Positions 35,701 through 47,159 of a DNA stretch of 64,000 nt are shown one piece after another. How positions within the stretch are numbered: position 1 is the first letter of the stretch; every line of letters begins with the position of its first letter. The notes beneath the pieces were generated by a model, which worked only from the letters and a program-made list of their open reading frames with translations, searched no databases and was not told the origin of the DNA. A program made the translations under genes and the position numbers. The DNA is from Mobula hypostoma (taxonomy: Eukaryota): NCBI RefSeq assembly GCF_963921235.1, contig NC_086097.1, positions 226,674,001 to 226,738,000 of the forward strand, written 5' to 3'.

Positions 35701-35945
35701 AAGCATGTCATTTAAAGCTGAGGTGCGTAGAAATTTCTTCTCTTAAAGGGTAATGTATCTTTGAAATTCTCAGCCCCCGAGGGTGGTGGAGGCCAGAGCT
35801 TTAAAAATATTTGGAGTGTGAATAGATAAATACTTGATAGATCGAGGAAGTGAGAGTTAAGGGGAACTGGCACAGAAGAAGAGTTGAGGCCCAATATAGA
35901 TGATCATGTTGAATGGGGCAGGTTTGAGGGGAATGATCTAGGGCC
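32715..35945 (+). mobile_element. Old CR1 RT/3' fragment split by nested Rex-like LINEs (~33145-33885, ~35026-35697), a V-SINE (~33915-34170) and a mariner derivative
   Basis: WKDVTSGVPQGSVLGSQL, KFAVDIKIG at 32750-32890; CR1 continuation at 34180-34327, 34935-35025 and 35700-35945. Confidence 0.75.
34330..34931. mobile_element. Palindromic mariner-derived MITE with internal TIR copies and duplicated transposase C-terminus
   Basis: TA-CAAGGGGTGGTTGATAAGTTTGTGGCCTAAGGTAGA TIR, repeated at ~34497 (+), ~34625-34660 and ~34760-34795 (inverted); DFYKEGIRMLHDHWT.CV and FYKDGIRMLHDRWTKCVHVGGDCVEK* on opposite strands. Confidence 0.85.
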
Positions 35946-38935
35946 TTAGTGTTTTTTCATTAAAAGCTGCTCCATACTCATCTTGGGCTATGTTGCCTTG
36001 ATAGTCTCAAATTGTCCAATGAGAAATGTATTTAGCAAACAGATTGCAATGTCCTGCTTCAGCCATTAATTTAATCCACTTCAGTCTTTACCTTGTAGCT
36101 AAGGAACTATTACTTGACTATCATTCTTTTTAATTTCTGTAGCACATGACTTCACATTTAGTAGTTGATACTATGAGGAAAAATCAGGGCAATTTTTTAA
36201 AAAATGTCAGAACTGCACACATCATTATCAATCCAGATAAGATATTTCTTTCCTGATCTGTTTACATTCTAATTCAAATATTTCACTGGCAGGATTTAAC
36301 ATTTTAATGCACATAGTTTTGAATGAATAAATAACTGAATAATGGGCTGAGGGTTCAAAATATTTTCTACAAACAGCTTTTAGTTTCTCACAAGCCTCTG
36401 TTGCTCCAGTACACACATTTTTTCCATTGGTGCATTTGAGTAAAAGGCAGGGTAAGGGAATCTGGTGGACAGTTTGCCTCAGTTGTTTTATTTGTTTGTG
36501 GCAGATAGGAACCTTCTAAAGTTATAGCCTCAACACTGCTGTTTGCTATTAAGTTGATGGGGAGTCTATCCCACAGTTGCTCTGCGCTGCTGACACAAAG
36601 TCTTTGTTCACATTCAGATTAGTCAAACTGTTGTGAGGGTCAGGCCGGGGTCAGACTCCATGATGATGTATAGGAGAACATGTCTGGGAATTTTTCTCGC
36701 TCTTAAAACACATACCAGAAAGGCAGAAGAGGGCCGAGCACACTGACTGATGAGACCCAGATGATAGCCACTCTTACTAGGTTCATAATTTGCCTTTTAA
36801 CACACCATGTTTTATTAATGTGTGCCGTGATAGCCTTGAAAATTTCATGTCCCCCGAAGGTAAGGACACTCCGTGACACTTCATTTCCTTGCCCACGGGA
36901 GATGGGTCAGTAAATCCAGCAAAAGAACAATGCATAAATTCCCAAGGATGAGAAGGAGAAGTCTTTTCGCGAGCTTTCCTAGGTGGTAGGCCCCAGCACT
37001 GGATATGAGCTGTGTGTACACTTGGTATTAACACAACCCAATCAGGTTATGATCAGAGACTCTCAGCATCCAAAACTGTGATCCCCGATCCCCTACCTCT
37101 GTTACAAGTACATCCCTGTCCACCTACTGTGAGCTTGCAGAGCCATCTCTTTGATTAACAATCAGGACTGGTAAAATACCATTGAGAAAAATAAGGGAAA
37201 ATAGATGTGGTTTAATAGAGTTTGGAAACCAATTCTAATCACTCTGAACCGGGTTAATCTGTGCACATCAAGGTACAAATCAATTTAGATCAATCTGTTT
37301 TTAACATACCCTTGAGATGGATTAAAAGAGATCAGTTCAAAATTATCCCATTTCTTGGCTTTATGTGAAGGCAAAACCCACTCGAATCATTTCTAATATA
37401 TACGACAAATAAAATGAAGTGATTTCAGACTGATAAAGTCAAATTAAACAATCTGTGCCTATGTGTAAAAAGCAAACATAGCACTTTATATCTATGTAGA
37501 ATATTTTTAATCCGCTGATTGAGCACAACATTCAACTTTATTATTTCTGCATTTCAGAATTTTGGAATGCTGTCACCCAAAAGTCATCTTAATGCTAAAC
37601 TAGCAATTTTTGCAACCAGCTGCTGCATAGAACAGGGAATATTTCATCCCGTTGTCAGAACACTATCAATAAAACATAGCATTCAGAGTGCGCACATTTC
37701 CCCCTCTTCAATCACTGTAGCATTTGCAATGAAAATGTTATATTATATTTATCCCTGATCTGATGCATTGTGCTTAAATGCGAAATGATATAGTAATATG
37801 GAACGTAAGGGGTTAACTTGTCTTAGCCGGTTAACAAAGGCATTGCTTATCAAACAAGGACTGGGGAACTATATGTCAGTATGCTCGGGACCTGTTTGTC
37901 TCCTCGGGGTCAATTCTTACGGTTATTAAGATTTTATGAATCTGATGAGTGCAGTCTTTGGCTGTGACCGACAGGATACTGTGCCTTTTTCCTTCCATCT
38001 CCCAATTTGTTTAATTCCTACCGGGACCTGCAAATATGATTTTTATTTTGCAATGCAATGAACACAGCGTGCAGTGCAGTGGGAGTTGCAGGCCTGGTTA
38101 TCTGGCATTACTCAGACTGCTAAAAATTCATTAAAATGTGACATCAACACAGTGAGAGACAAATGATCACAGGATGAAAAGGAACAGCGGGCATTTCATG
38201 GATTAGTGCCGCATAACCTCAGCTATGCAGCTAACTGAATAAACTGATTAATCCAGCACCATTACAGTTTAGAAGAACACATAACTATTTAAATTGGTGT
38301 CAGCTTTTGTATTTATAGATTTGAATGTAGATAGAGGTAGAACAATGCATTATAATCTTTCTTTCGCAAATATCATAAATGGGTGTCAATGTTATGGTGC
38401 CTGAAGAAATATGGCATTATATCTAAAAGAGTGCCCCCTATAGGTAGTCTGAAATTAGTCATACATTTTCTAATCGATATTACCTGAGAGCAAAATTGTT
38501 TGGATTTCCGGTTCTGACATTCCGTAAATATTGGGCTTGGCCATGTTCGACTATACAAGGCCAATAAAACCCTGTGAACAACTAAACTATTAATTTTCTC
38601 TTGTTTTCTTATCACCACACATAGAGTTCGATAATCATAAACAACGATCATTTTAATTGTTGCTATTGCAAAACTATCCAAGTTCAGGGATCAATTAAAT
38701 ATAGATCCAAGCATACCATTAAATACATTATTGTCAATTTATAATTTTGGGGCCAATACTTAGAAAATAGTTTGTTTTCCAACGGGAAGTAGAGGCACTG
38801 AAATTAGTACAGGAATGCATTTTATATTTTTATACTGTATTTTAAAATCTCTGTACAGAAAAGTAAATGTTTTCCTTAAACAGATCCTTAAGTTTTTAAT
38901 CTGTTGTCCTAATCTCCTTTACTTTTTAATTGCAG

Positions 38936-39055
38936 ACGAGCAAAGTGAAGATTCTGAAGGAACTGGTAAAACCACTGTTCCAGCTGCTGCTACTGATACC
39001 AAGGACACCAGTGAAAAAGACAACAAAGAAAACAAGAAGTCTGACAAAGACTCTG
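38936..39055 (+). CDS. ZFHX4: Internal coding exon of ZFHX4-like zinc finger homeobox gene (xDEQSEDSEGTGKTTVPAAATDTKDTSEKDNKENKKSDKDS), 120 nt, phase 1/1
   Basis: Pyrimidine tract + tgcag acceptor ending 38935; donor G|gtaat at 39056; open frame. Peptide resembles the recalled ZFHX4 linker (EQSEEAEG...KDTSERDN.E.K.S.KDSG). Phase joins the next exon. Confidence 0.9.
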
Positions 39056-39789
39056 GTAATACTTGTAGATTTTGTCAGTTTTCCATATTAAATTTTCTTT
39101 GATCTTGAAATTATGTGCCCAGCTCCCCTCCCCTGTCTCAATCGTATTCATCACATGTATGTTTTACATGTGATTTCTATCAGTAGCCTCATGCTGACCT
39201 ATTTTTAATCATAACCATCTGACAGGATAGATGAGGATAAGTTGGAGAATATTACAGAATGGCCAGTGAGATTATTTTTTAATCAAATAAGTTTGCGTGC
39301 TTGTAATTTTAAGCGCCTTTCATTAATCTTTGCTGTACTTGTGATTCCTCTGATGACATATTAATTTTGTTTAAGCTCAGGATTAGATACCAATCATGTA
39401 TTTTTTCCATTATGCCAGGGCATATCAGTATCATTGACCAGAGGCCTTTCAGTCTTTTTTTTTAAGTCATTTTCCTTCATAATACAAAGCAGCCTTTACT
39501 ACCTGAGCAATAAATTCTGCATTAATACATTTTGCAGCAATTGTCTGGGTTTAATGGCGTCTTGCATTAAACCAGCATCTGGTAAAGATAACACAGTGTC
39601 TTTTCCATATTTTCCTTGACTGAGATTGCCAAGTGCATGATTTGCCACTGTTGTTTCTTAGTTTGTACGGTTTTAAAATTTTCTATCAAAGAGAAAACCT
39701 CAGTCATATTAATAGCATGGTGACTTTCCTTGCAGTACACCAGGCAGTGTCACATTATATTAGATATAGTGAGGCAAGGCACTGAAATT

Positions 39790-40107
39790 AGAATCCAAAT
39801 CAGAATCAGGTTTAATATCACTGGCATTTGTCAAGAAATATGTTAATTTAGCGGCAACAGTGCAATGCAATGGATAGTAATATAGAGAAAATAAATAAAT
39901 GAGTAGATCAATTACAGTAAGTATGTGTGTGTATATATATGTATGTATATTAAGACATTGAATTAAAAACAGTGCAAAAGCAGAAATAATAAAAGTGAGG
40001 TAGTGTTCAAGGCTTCAATCTCCATTTAGAAATCAGACCGTAGAGGGGAGGAACTGTTCCTGAATCGCTGAGTGTGTGCCTTCAGGCTTCTGTACCTCCT
40101 TGCTGAC
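39790..40107 (-). mobile_element. Rex1/Babar-like LINE 3' end
   Basis: RRYRSLKAHTQRFRNS; (tcagaa)n tail; homologous to 18595 and 35026 copies. Confidence 0.8.
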
Positions 40108-40119
40108 GAGATACAGAAT

Positions 40120-40215
40120 AATAATGAATAAACTCTTCTCAGGCTTCCAGCCGGGCACAGGTATTGGTTATAACTGACGTTTCGATGACCAAACTCTGCC
40201 ATCTTCATCAGGAAT
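40120..40215 (-). mobile_element. ~96-bp insertion of a probable second Penelope-like family carrying a hammerhead
   Basis: Direct repeats GAGATACAGAAT (40108-40119) / GAGGTACAGAAT (40216-40227); sequence unrelated to the main pLTR family apart from the ribozyme core. Confidence 0.65.
40170..40213 (-). ncRNA. Type I hammerhead ribozyme motif, second family (longer stem II)
   Basis: Reverse complement TC-CTGATGA-A-GATGGC-AGAGTTTG-GTCATC-GAAAC-GTC^AGTTA; intact catalytic core, 6-bp stem II; 5' strand of stem I apparently lost. Confidence 0.8.
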
Positions 40216-43200
40216 GAGGTACAGAATCATGTAAAGAGCATTGGTTCTGAGTGTACAAACACAGAAGGTCGAAAAGCTCGACTGCTTCTCATGAAGATTA
40301 GAAAAGAGTATTTTAGTTAAGCATGTTATAATCAGCATGCTTATTTGCCATTACTACTATGGAGGCTGAAGTCTGGCCAGATTGACTGTGCATCAGCAAA
40401 ATAGATTTTCGCTTATTATAAGTTCAAAAATCATACTAGATGATGCAATACCAGTTCTAGGAAAAATAAAGCCAAGATCATAGTTAAATCCTTGCATTTC
40501 TCACAGTATTCAAATGCTTGTGACACCATATTGTAGCATACATTAATTTATCTCAATAATAGGTACATTGGAATAATCTGGATGCAGGATTCAGAATCCC
40601 AAGTACAAGTAGCTTTCATTGGACTGAAAATACATCTGGTGAGGCAAAACTCACCCATATCTCATTTATATTGTCATGTTAATCTAGTGTCACTCACTCT
40701 AGATTAATTATAATCAAAATTACATTTTCTATGCAAATATATTAATCTGGATAAACTCCAGATTAGTTCTTCACTGTATAAGTGTAATGTGTGTCTGACA
40801 TAGCTTAAGGAAACGCTTTAATAATATAGTAAACATGAGTAAGATGTAAATTAAGCTTCATTATTCTAAGTAATATTACCAAGGAACTTCATTTATCAGC
40901 GAGCTTTCCTTAAACACAAATATTTATTTTTATTTAAAAATTCACTAAGTAATGAAGTCATGATTCATGATAGATCCATTAAAACGAAAGCATCATGAAC
41001 ATATAATTTGCAATCTGATTTTTAAAGGCATCTTCTTTACAGCTAATCAGAATATTGCTGCAGAATGTATTATTATTCCACCACAGGCATTGTAGTGCAA
41101 AGTTTGAGCTTAGGGCTTGATGCATGACTTAGTTTGACATTTAAATGTTGCCATTTGAACTACGGGTCAGTAATGGTTAACCTACTTTTCCATCTCTGTA
41201 TTTCACATCAATGACAAGGGATGTAAAACGTAATGGAAAAGCACCACTTCTGTTGTGTTTTATTTACCTCCAGTGATTTCAAAATGTTTGAAACCAATTA
41301 ACACATTTAGAACAATTGTGCATTTATAAAACAAAAATAAAATTGAAGTTAGTTTTTAATTTTAGAAATTGTATTACTTAATGCTGCAGATCAAGAATTG
41401 CCCTTTGAATCAAATGAGCCTTGGAAAAATGCAGGCTCTTACTTTTGCAGCCTAAACACAAAAGAACCTTCAAAACGCAAAGATGGGACATAAAATTATT
41501 AAATTAGCTTGTAAATGCAAAATTTGTGAACTGTAGATTTTAGCTTGATTTTTAGCAAATCTGTACAGCACTTGGCTCCCCAAATTATCCAATTCCAAAC
41601 ATTGCCATTTGCAAAACCCAGAAAGGTATTGTAAAATTTTGCCAGCATTATGTTAAACTGAGGTACAATTAATTCCCAAAGAAAATGACAGTCCAGCAAT
41701 ATATTATACAGGTAATTGTAGTTGAGAGTTTGTATTCTTTCTTTTAATTGTTTAATAATATTGTTTTGCTTCATTTGTTTTGAGTTTTTTCATTACATGT
41801 TAGCAGTACGCCTATTAGAATATGGAATAGATCAAATTATTTTTACATATTATGTAAGAATCATTTTGCTTTTTGCATTCCTGACACTTCTAATGCATGT
41901 GGATAATTCAGTACCAATTATTACTCGGAACAAAAAAAAACATTATACCACAAATACTGATGGCTGAGACTAAGACATAAGTCAAAAATTAATTTAGGAA
42001 CAGTAGGCATTCAGAAAGGAAGCATAATAGGTGAATGCATTTTATTTGCGCCCAGTAGGCAATAATTGGAATGGTATACTAACTAGATTATTCTATGTTA
42101 ATAGTGCTATATTATTTTCGAGTTGATAAGCAATGTCAGGGCTATTCTTGAAAATCAAATCTCTCAGACAGCTGCAATCAACAGACAGGTTAATTGCCTG
42201 ACTTGTAGACTAGATCTGTGCTGTACAAATATCACACACCACATTTTGTTTTGTTGTAATTGACCAAGCTCCTGGGATCTTGAAAAACCCGTGTCATTCT
42301 GAGAAAATATCATGTGGCAGCTACTTAGAATAGTGCTTCATTTTATAGGTGAAAATAAAATGAGGTCAGAATACATACATAAGCAGAAACAATTTTATGT
42401 TAAGGAATGTGACAGCAAGCTCTAAAGCTGAGTATTAAACATAATATTAATAAAAATTAAATGTCAGCCATAAATGTAATATGTGCTGCTTAAGGACTTG
42501 CTTGTCAAAATATAGCATTTATGAGGTAAAAGTATTTGTCTTCAGACAAAAAATGTCCACTTTTTTCTTCTAACGATAGCTCTTATCATGAAGACAGTTT
42601 CTAAGAACTTGTAATGGAAATTGCATAAATTAGAATTTACATACTGTCATCCATTTAAAATAGTTCAACTCACAAGTTCATTTAAATTATTTATTATGTA
42701 TTTGCCAAATAGAATTGTCATTTTATTTTATATATACGGTATGTATATAAACTCTGTGTGTGTACAGCATATACTGTATATTATATATTGTGTGTGTGTG
42801 TGTAAATAGCACATATACATCTGATGGCAAGCAATTGCTCATCCTCATTGCATTATAAGATATATTTTCACAACATTGTCCAGTGAAGCTATCGTCAATT
42901 TCAAGATAATTTAGTTTCAAATTGACTGGAAGATGGTGAAAATTGAAAGTTAAAATTAGAAGTGCTTATAATAAACAGCTGAAAAATGTCAGATGGTGCT
43001 GAGCAGGGATGAGATTGGAAAGGCTAGTAAATGAGGTTTTCTGTTTGCTATGAGATATATGTGACATGCCTACCCAACAGCAGTGTAATATCCAACTAGA
43101 ATAAAGGATTATCTAGTAATTTGTTGTTGAAGGAATACTGTGATATACTAGGAAATCTGCACTGCACCCTTGTCTCCGATGCATCTGAATTTTGTAACGT

Positions 43201-44353
43201 AGAGTTGGCTAGACTTTTATTCCAAATGTTTGTATCACAGGTAGAGTAAATTTAGCTTGAATTCCATTTTTGAGTGAAATACAATGAGATTCATTACTGT
43301 GGCTAAAAAAAAACTTTGACCATCAATAATGATCTAGGAATGCACAGCAGACATAAACATATAATTCTGTTTAGCGCGTAAAACACTGTTAATGTTTACA
43401 TAGGCTGATCTTTTTGTCAAATGTAGTGTTCTGAACTGAAGCAGATTGAAATCCAGACTGCTGAGCTGGTCAAAGAGTAATATTGATTAATCTTCCAAGC
43501 TAGCAAGAGGTTATCTAAACAGCCAAGGAGTAATTTTTAGATTTATCAAGTTGGCCTGTTAGGCAATTTTTGTTTAAATTTCATGAAACAAAAATAACTT
43601 CCTGGTTGGTGGAAATTCTATTTCACATTATTGCTTAATCCTTTGGTTCAAATGTATATAAAAGATTTAGCTAGTGGATTTTTTTTCCAAACGAGTACAA
43701 AAACATCTGTATATTTCCCATTATTCTATTTGAGTGGTTTTAATTTCCTTGAATGGGTCATCTACAGAATCAAAATAGGGTTGGGCTTTTGTTTCAAAAA
43801 TATCAAAGGAAATCAACTGCATTAAAAGTCTGAATTACCAGAATTACTTTGTTGAACACAAACGTGGTATCTTTCTGAGCAAGTGACCAGTAAACAAGAA
43901 TTCTGACAATGGAGTTTGTTCTTCCTAACCAGTGGGAGGTGCTTATGATCTGTTACCACTCACAATGAGGTGCTGATAGACTTAAGATATATAGAAAAAT
44001 TGGGGTGAACTACTTACATGTGAAGGCAAACTGATTCTCATATGAGAAAACAAATACCTTTTAATTATTGTAGTTTGCCATTTCTAGATATGATGAGTAG
44101 CAAAACAACCACCTTACTGCTTTGTGTTAATAGAATGTAACACTTTCAATTAAAATGTTTTAATTCTGGTTGTTTGTTTGTGAGAAAATGAAATAATTTA
44201 CAAGTTTTCCCCTTTAAATGACAATCTAAACCTAGAAGGTCTTTTCACCAGATCACAGAAGTAAAACTCATGAATAATTACATATAAGATCTTTGATTTT
44301 TCCTTCACTGATGTGCTTACATATTGATATGCTGATAAATTATATTCTCTTAG

Positions 44354-44490
44354 AAGGAACTGACGTGATATGTCCAGAGCCTCAAGAAAGCTCATTGCTG
44401 GAAAAGCGGTCACTACTGCAGGGGGGAGATGAAGACCTTCCTTCCAAGAGACCTCGCTCAACTGGTAGCAGTAAACCCAGTCAGGAGCAG
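44354..44490 (+). CDS. ZFHX4: Internal coding exon of ZFHX4 (E)GTDVICPEPQESSLLEKRSLLQGGDEDLPSKRPRSTGSSKPSQEQ, phase 1/0; alternative start 44357
   Basis: ttctcttag/aag tandem acceptor; CAG|gtatga donor at 44491; in frame with both flanking exons; ends in EQ as expected before the YQCPYC finger. Confidence 0.85.
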
Positions 44491-44520
44491 GTATGAGACA
44501 AAAGAACCTTCCTTCACTAA

Positions 44521-45532
44521 CAGCAGAGATTCTGCAGAGCTAGCAAATCTCAAGCTACACACAGTAAATGCTGGAGGAACACAGCAGGTCAGGCAGCGTC
44601 TATGGACGTGAACCAACTGTCAACCTTTCGGGCCAAGACCCTTCTTCAGGACTGGAAAGGGAGGGGGAAGGTTAGAAGATGGGGGGGGGCAGGGGAATGA
44701 GAACAAGCTAAAGGGTGATTGGTGAAACAGGTGGGCAGGGGAGGGGGAATGAAGTAAAAAGCTGGGAGGTGATGGGTGGAAAGAGAAAAGGGCTGGAGAA
44801 GAAAGAATCTGATAGGAGAGGATTATGGATCATGGAAGAAAGGGAAGGAGGAGAGGCACCGGGGGAAGGTGATAGGCAGGAGAGAAGAGGTCAGAGGGCA
44901 GAGTGGAATAGGAGAAGAGAGAAGGGAGAGCGGAGAAAAGTTACAGAAGGAGAAATTGTTGTCCATGCCATCAGATTGGAGGTTACCTAGATGGAATATG
45001 AGGTGATGCTCCTCCAACATGAAAGTGGCCTCATCATGGCAGAAGAGGAGGTCATGGACCAACATGTTGGAATGGGAATGGGAATTAGAATGGAAGTCAC
45101 ACTTTTTACAAATGGAGTGGAGGGTGCTCGTCAAAGTGGTTCTCTAATTAACATCAGGTCTCACCAATGTAGAGGAGATTGCATCAGAGGCACTGGATAC
45201 AGTGGACGACCCTGACAGATTCACAGTTTACCTCACCTGGAAGGACTGTTTGGGGCCCTGAATGGAGGTGAGGGAGAAGGTGAATAGGCAGAGTCGCATT
45301 TCTGTCGCTTGCAAGGATATGTGCCAGGAGGGAGATCTGTGGGGGCCCTCCTGAGAGTGACCATTGAGGAAAGTGGACATTGGGAGGAGTGGTAAAGATG
45401 GTTTCTGTGGTCGTGTCCCAGTAAACATGGGAAGAATGATGTGTTGGATGCAGAGGCTCATGGGGTGGTAGATGAGGACAAGAGGAACTCTATCCCTGTT
45501 AGGACGGTGGGAGGATAGAGTGAGCACGTCGT
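44521..45532 (-). mobile_element. Decayed Penelope-like element 3' part: linker, GIY-YIG endonuclease, pLTR with hammerhead
   Basis: Minus-strand NRDRVPLVLIYHP, QGPKQSFQVR, CESVRVVHCIQCL*CNLLYIGET, LEEHHLIFHLGNLQSDGMD; hammerhead CTGAAGA-AGGGTCTTGGCCC-GAAA-GGTT at ~44617-44653; possible TSD ccttcactaa / ctttcactag. Confidence 0.85.
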
Positions 45533-46092
45533 CTTTCACTAGCTTTATTTTAATTTCTGCTTTTTATTTATTTCCAATTAATTTTTGTGTGTTTACCAGC
45601 AATTATGTTTTCAAGGTTATCTGACAACTATGAGATTTTTCAATTAACATAAATTTATGTAAATCATACAGTTTTCATTTATTGGTTAAAGCCAATTTGT
45701 CTTAAATTCTGGAATAGATGCAAGGCATTCCTGTATTGTAAACAGGGGCTTATATCAAAATACTGGAAACAGCAAAATACAGCAGGAATCTTAATTTTTC
45801 ACAATGATAAAACTATTTCAAAGAAATGCACTTGATTCACAATTTTATTGTGAATTGTGAGGACAGTTTGATTAGGCACTTTATCAGTATAGATAGGCCG
45901 TTGCTGAAATGAAAGGAAATAAACATTGTATTCAATTTGACTTCATATTTTATGAATATACTAGTAATATTTCACTGCAGAATGAAATAACATGCAAATC
46001 ATTTATTTAAAAAAAGACAGAGCACAGGAAGTTTTACTGTTATGTTCCACTAGCTTTTAATATAAATTGTATTGCATGCTATTTGGTTTCAG

Positions 46093-46293
46093 CTTTACCA
46101 ATGCCCTTACTGTAATTATAACAGTAAGGATGCAAACAGAATCCAGATGCATGTCATGTCCCAGCATTCCATGCAGCCCGTCATCTGCTGCCCTCTCTGT
46201 CAGGATGTCCTCAGCAACAAGATACACCTCCAGCTGCACCTGACCCACTTGCACAGCGTGGCACCTGACTGCGTGGAGAAGCTACTCACAACC
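46093..46293 (+). CDS. ZFHX4: Internal coding exon of ZFHX4, two C2H2 zinc fingers ([67 protein letters not shown]), 201 nt, phase 0/0
   Basis: tttcag acceptor, ACC|gtaagc donor; two CxxC-x12-H-x4-H fingers. [32 protein letters not shown] match recalled ZFHX4 better than the paralog ZFHX3. Confidence 0.95.
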
Positions 46294-46894
46294 GTAAGCA
46301 GTTTAAAATCTACCTCAATAAGCCGCGTTTTCTCTTCATATTAAAATTCATCCGTGTTCAAATTACAAGTCTGCCAGCTGAGAACTTATTACACTTTACA
46401 GAGTGTAATGTAATCCTACCATGATTTATGCTGTATAATAATTTCTGACGGCCCAATGCTTAACGGAAAGTTCCACACCAACACTTTGAACTAAAATTAG
46501 ATATATAAATCCAGTGCATTCAGAATAAACATTTTTGATCTCCAGACACTGTAGTAGTCAAGAAAATGAATAACAAAAGTAAAATTCAAAGGAGAGCACA
46601 GCGTAAGAATCAGTGGTTGTTGGGCAAGTCAAAGGTCAACTTGGTGTTGAGCACATTTGTTTAAAATAAAGCAATATCAATTATTTATGAACACAAGAAG
46701 GTAAAGGGCTAGTAGAAACATGCAACGTAGTCAACAGCAAAGCAGTTTCAAGGAAATCTTTAAGCCATGTAGAAGAAAAACCTACTTTGAAGATTAAATA
46801 GATTTCTGAAAAAACAATTTATATGGATGTATGATGAGAGGAATAAGAGGTAACAGATGTGTGGTATGAATACTTATGGTGTTGCCTTTGCCTC

Positions 46895-47158
46895 ATAGGC
46901 CTTAGCAGCATAATTGCGTCTGACAGAAGTTTATGGGCTCAACTCCCACTCCAAAAGATCCCAACACATGCTAGGATGACTAGCTGGTGCGGTACTGAGA
47001 GAGGGTATTGATCTGAAAGCACAACAAATGTGAAATGTCAATGGGCTCTGAGATATTTTTGAAATCCTCAAGGATGTTGGTATTTCAGAAACTTTTGTAA
47101 ATATAGGCAATTGTATGTGTTATATTTCAAATGATGACATGAAAGAAATTTAGCTGGG
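46895..47158 (+). mobile_element. Very degenerate Deu-domain SINE-like remnant
   Basis: ctgacagaagtttatgggctcaactcccactcca...gtgcggtactgagagag resembles the recalled DeuSINE head. Confidence 0.45.
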
Positions 47159-47159
47159 G

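Noticed and set aside
36715..36785. Purine-rich segment as candidate small upstream ZFHX4 exon
   Set aside because: Weak splice signals and no peptide similarity that I can support.
46093..46293. Assignment to ZFHX3/ATBF1
   Set aside because: A few residues (NKIH, SVAPD) are ZFHX3-like, but the first finger and both upstream exons match recalled ZFHX4 much better; phylogeny or synteny would settle it.
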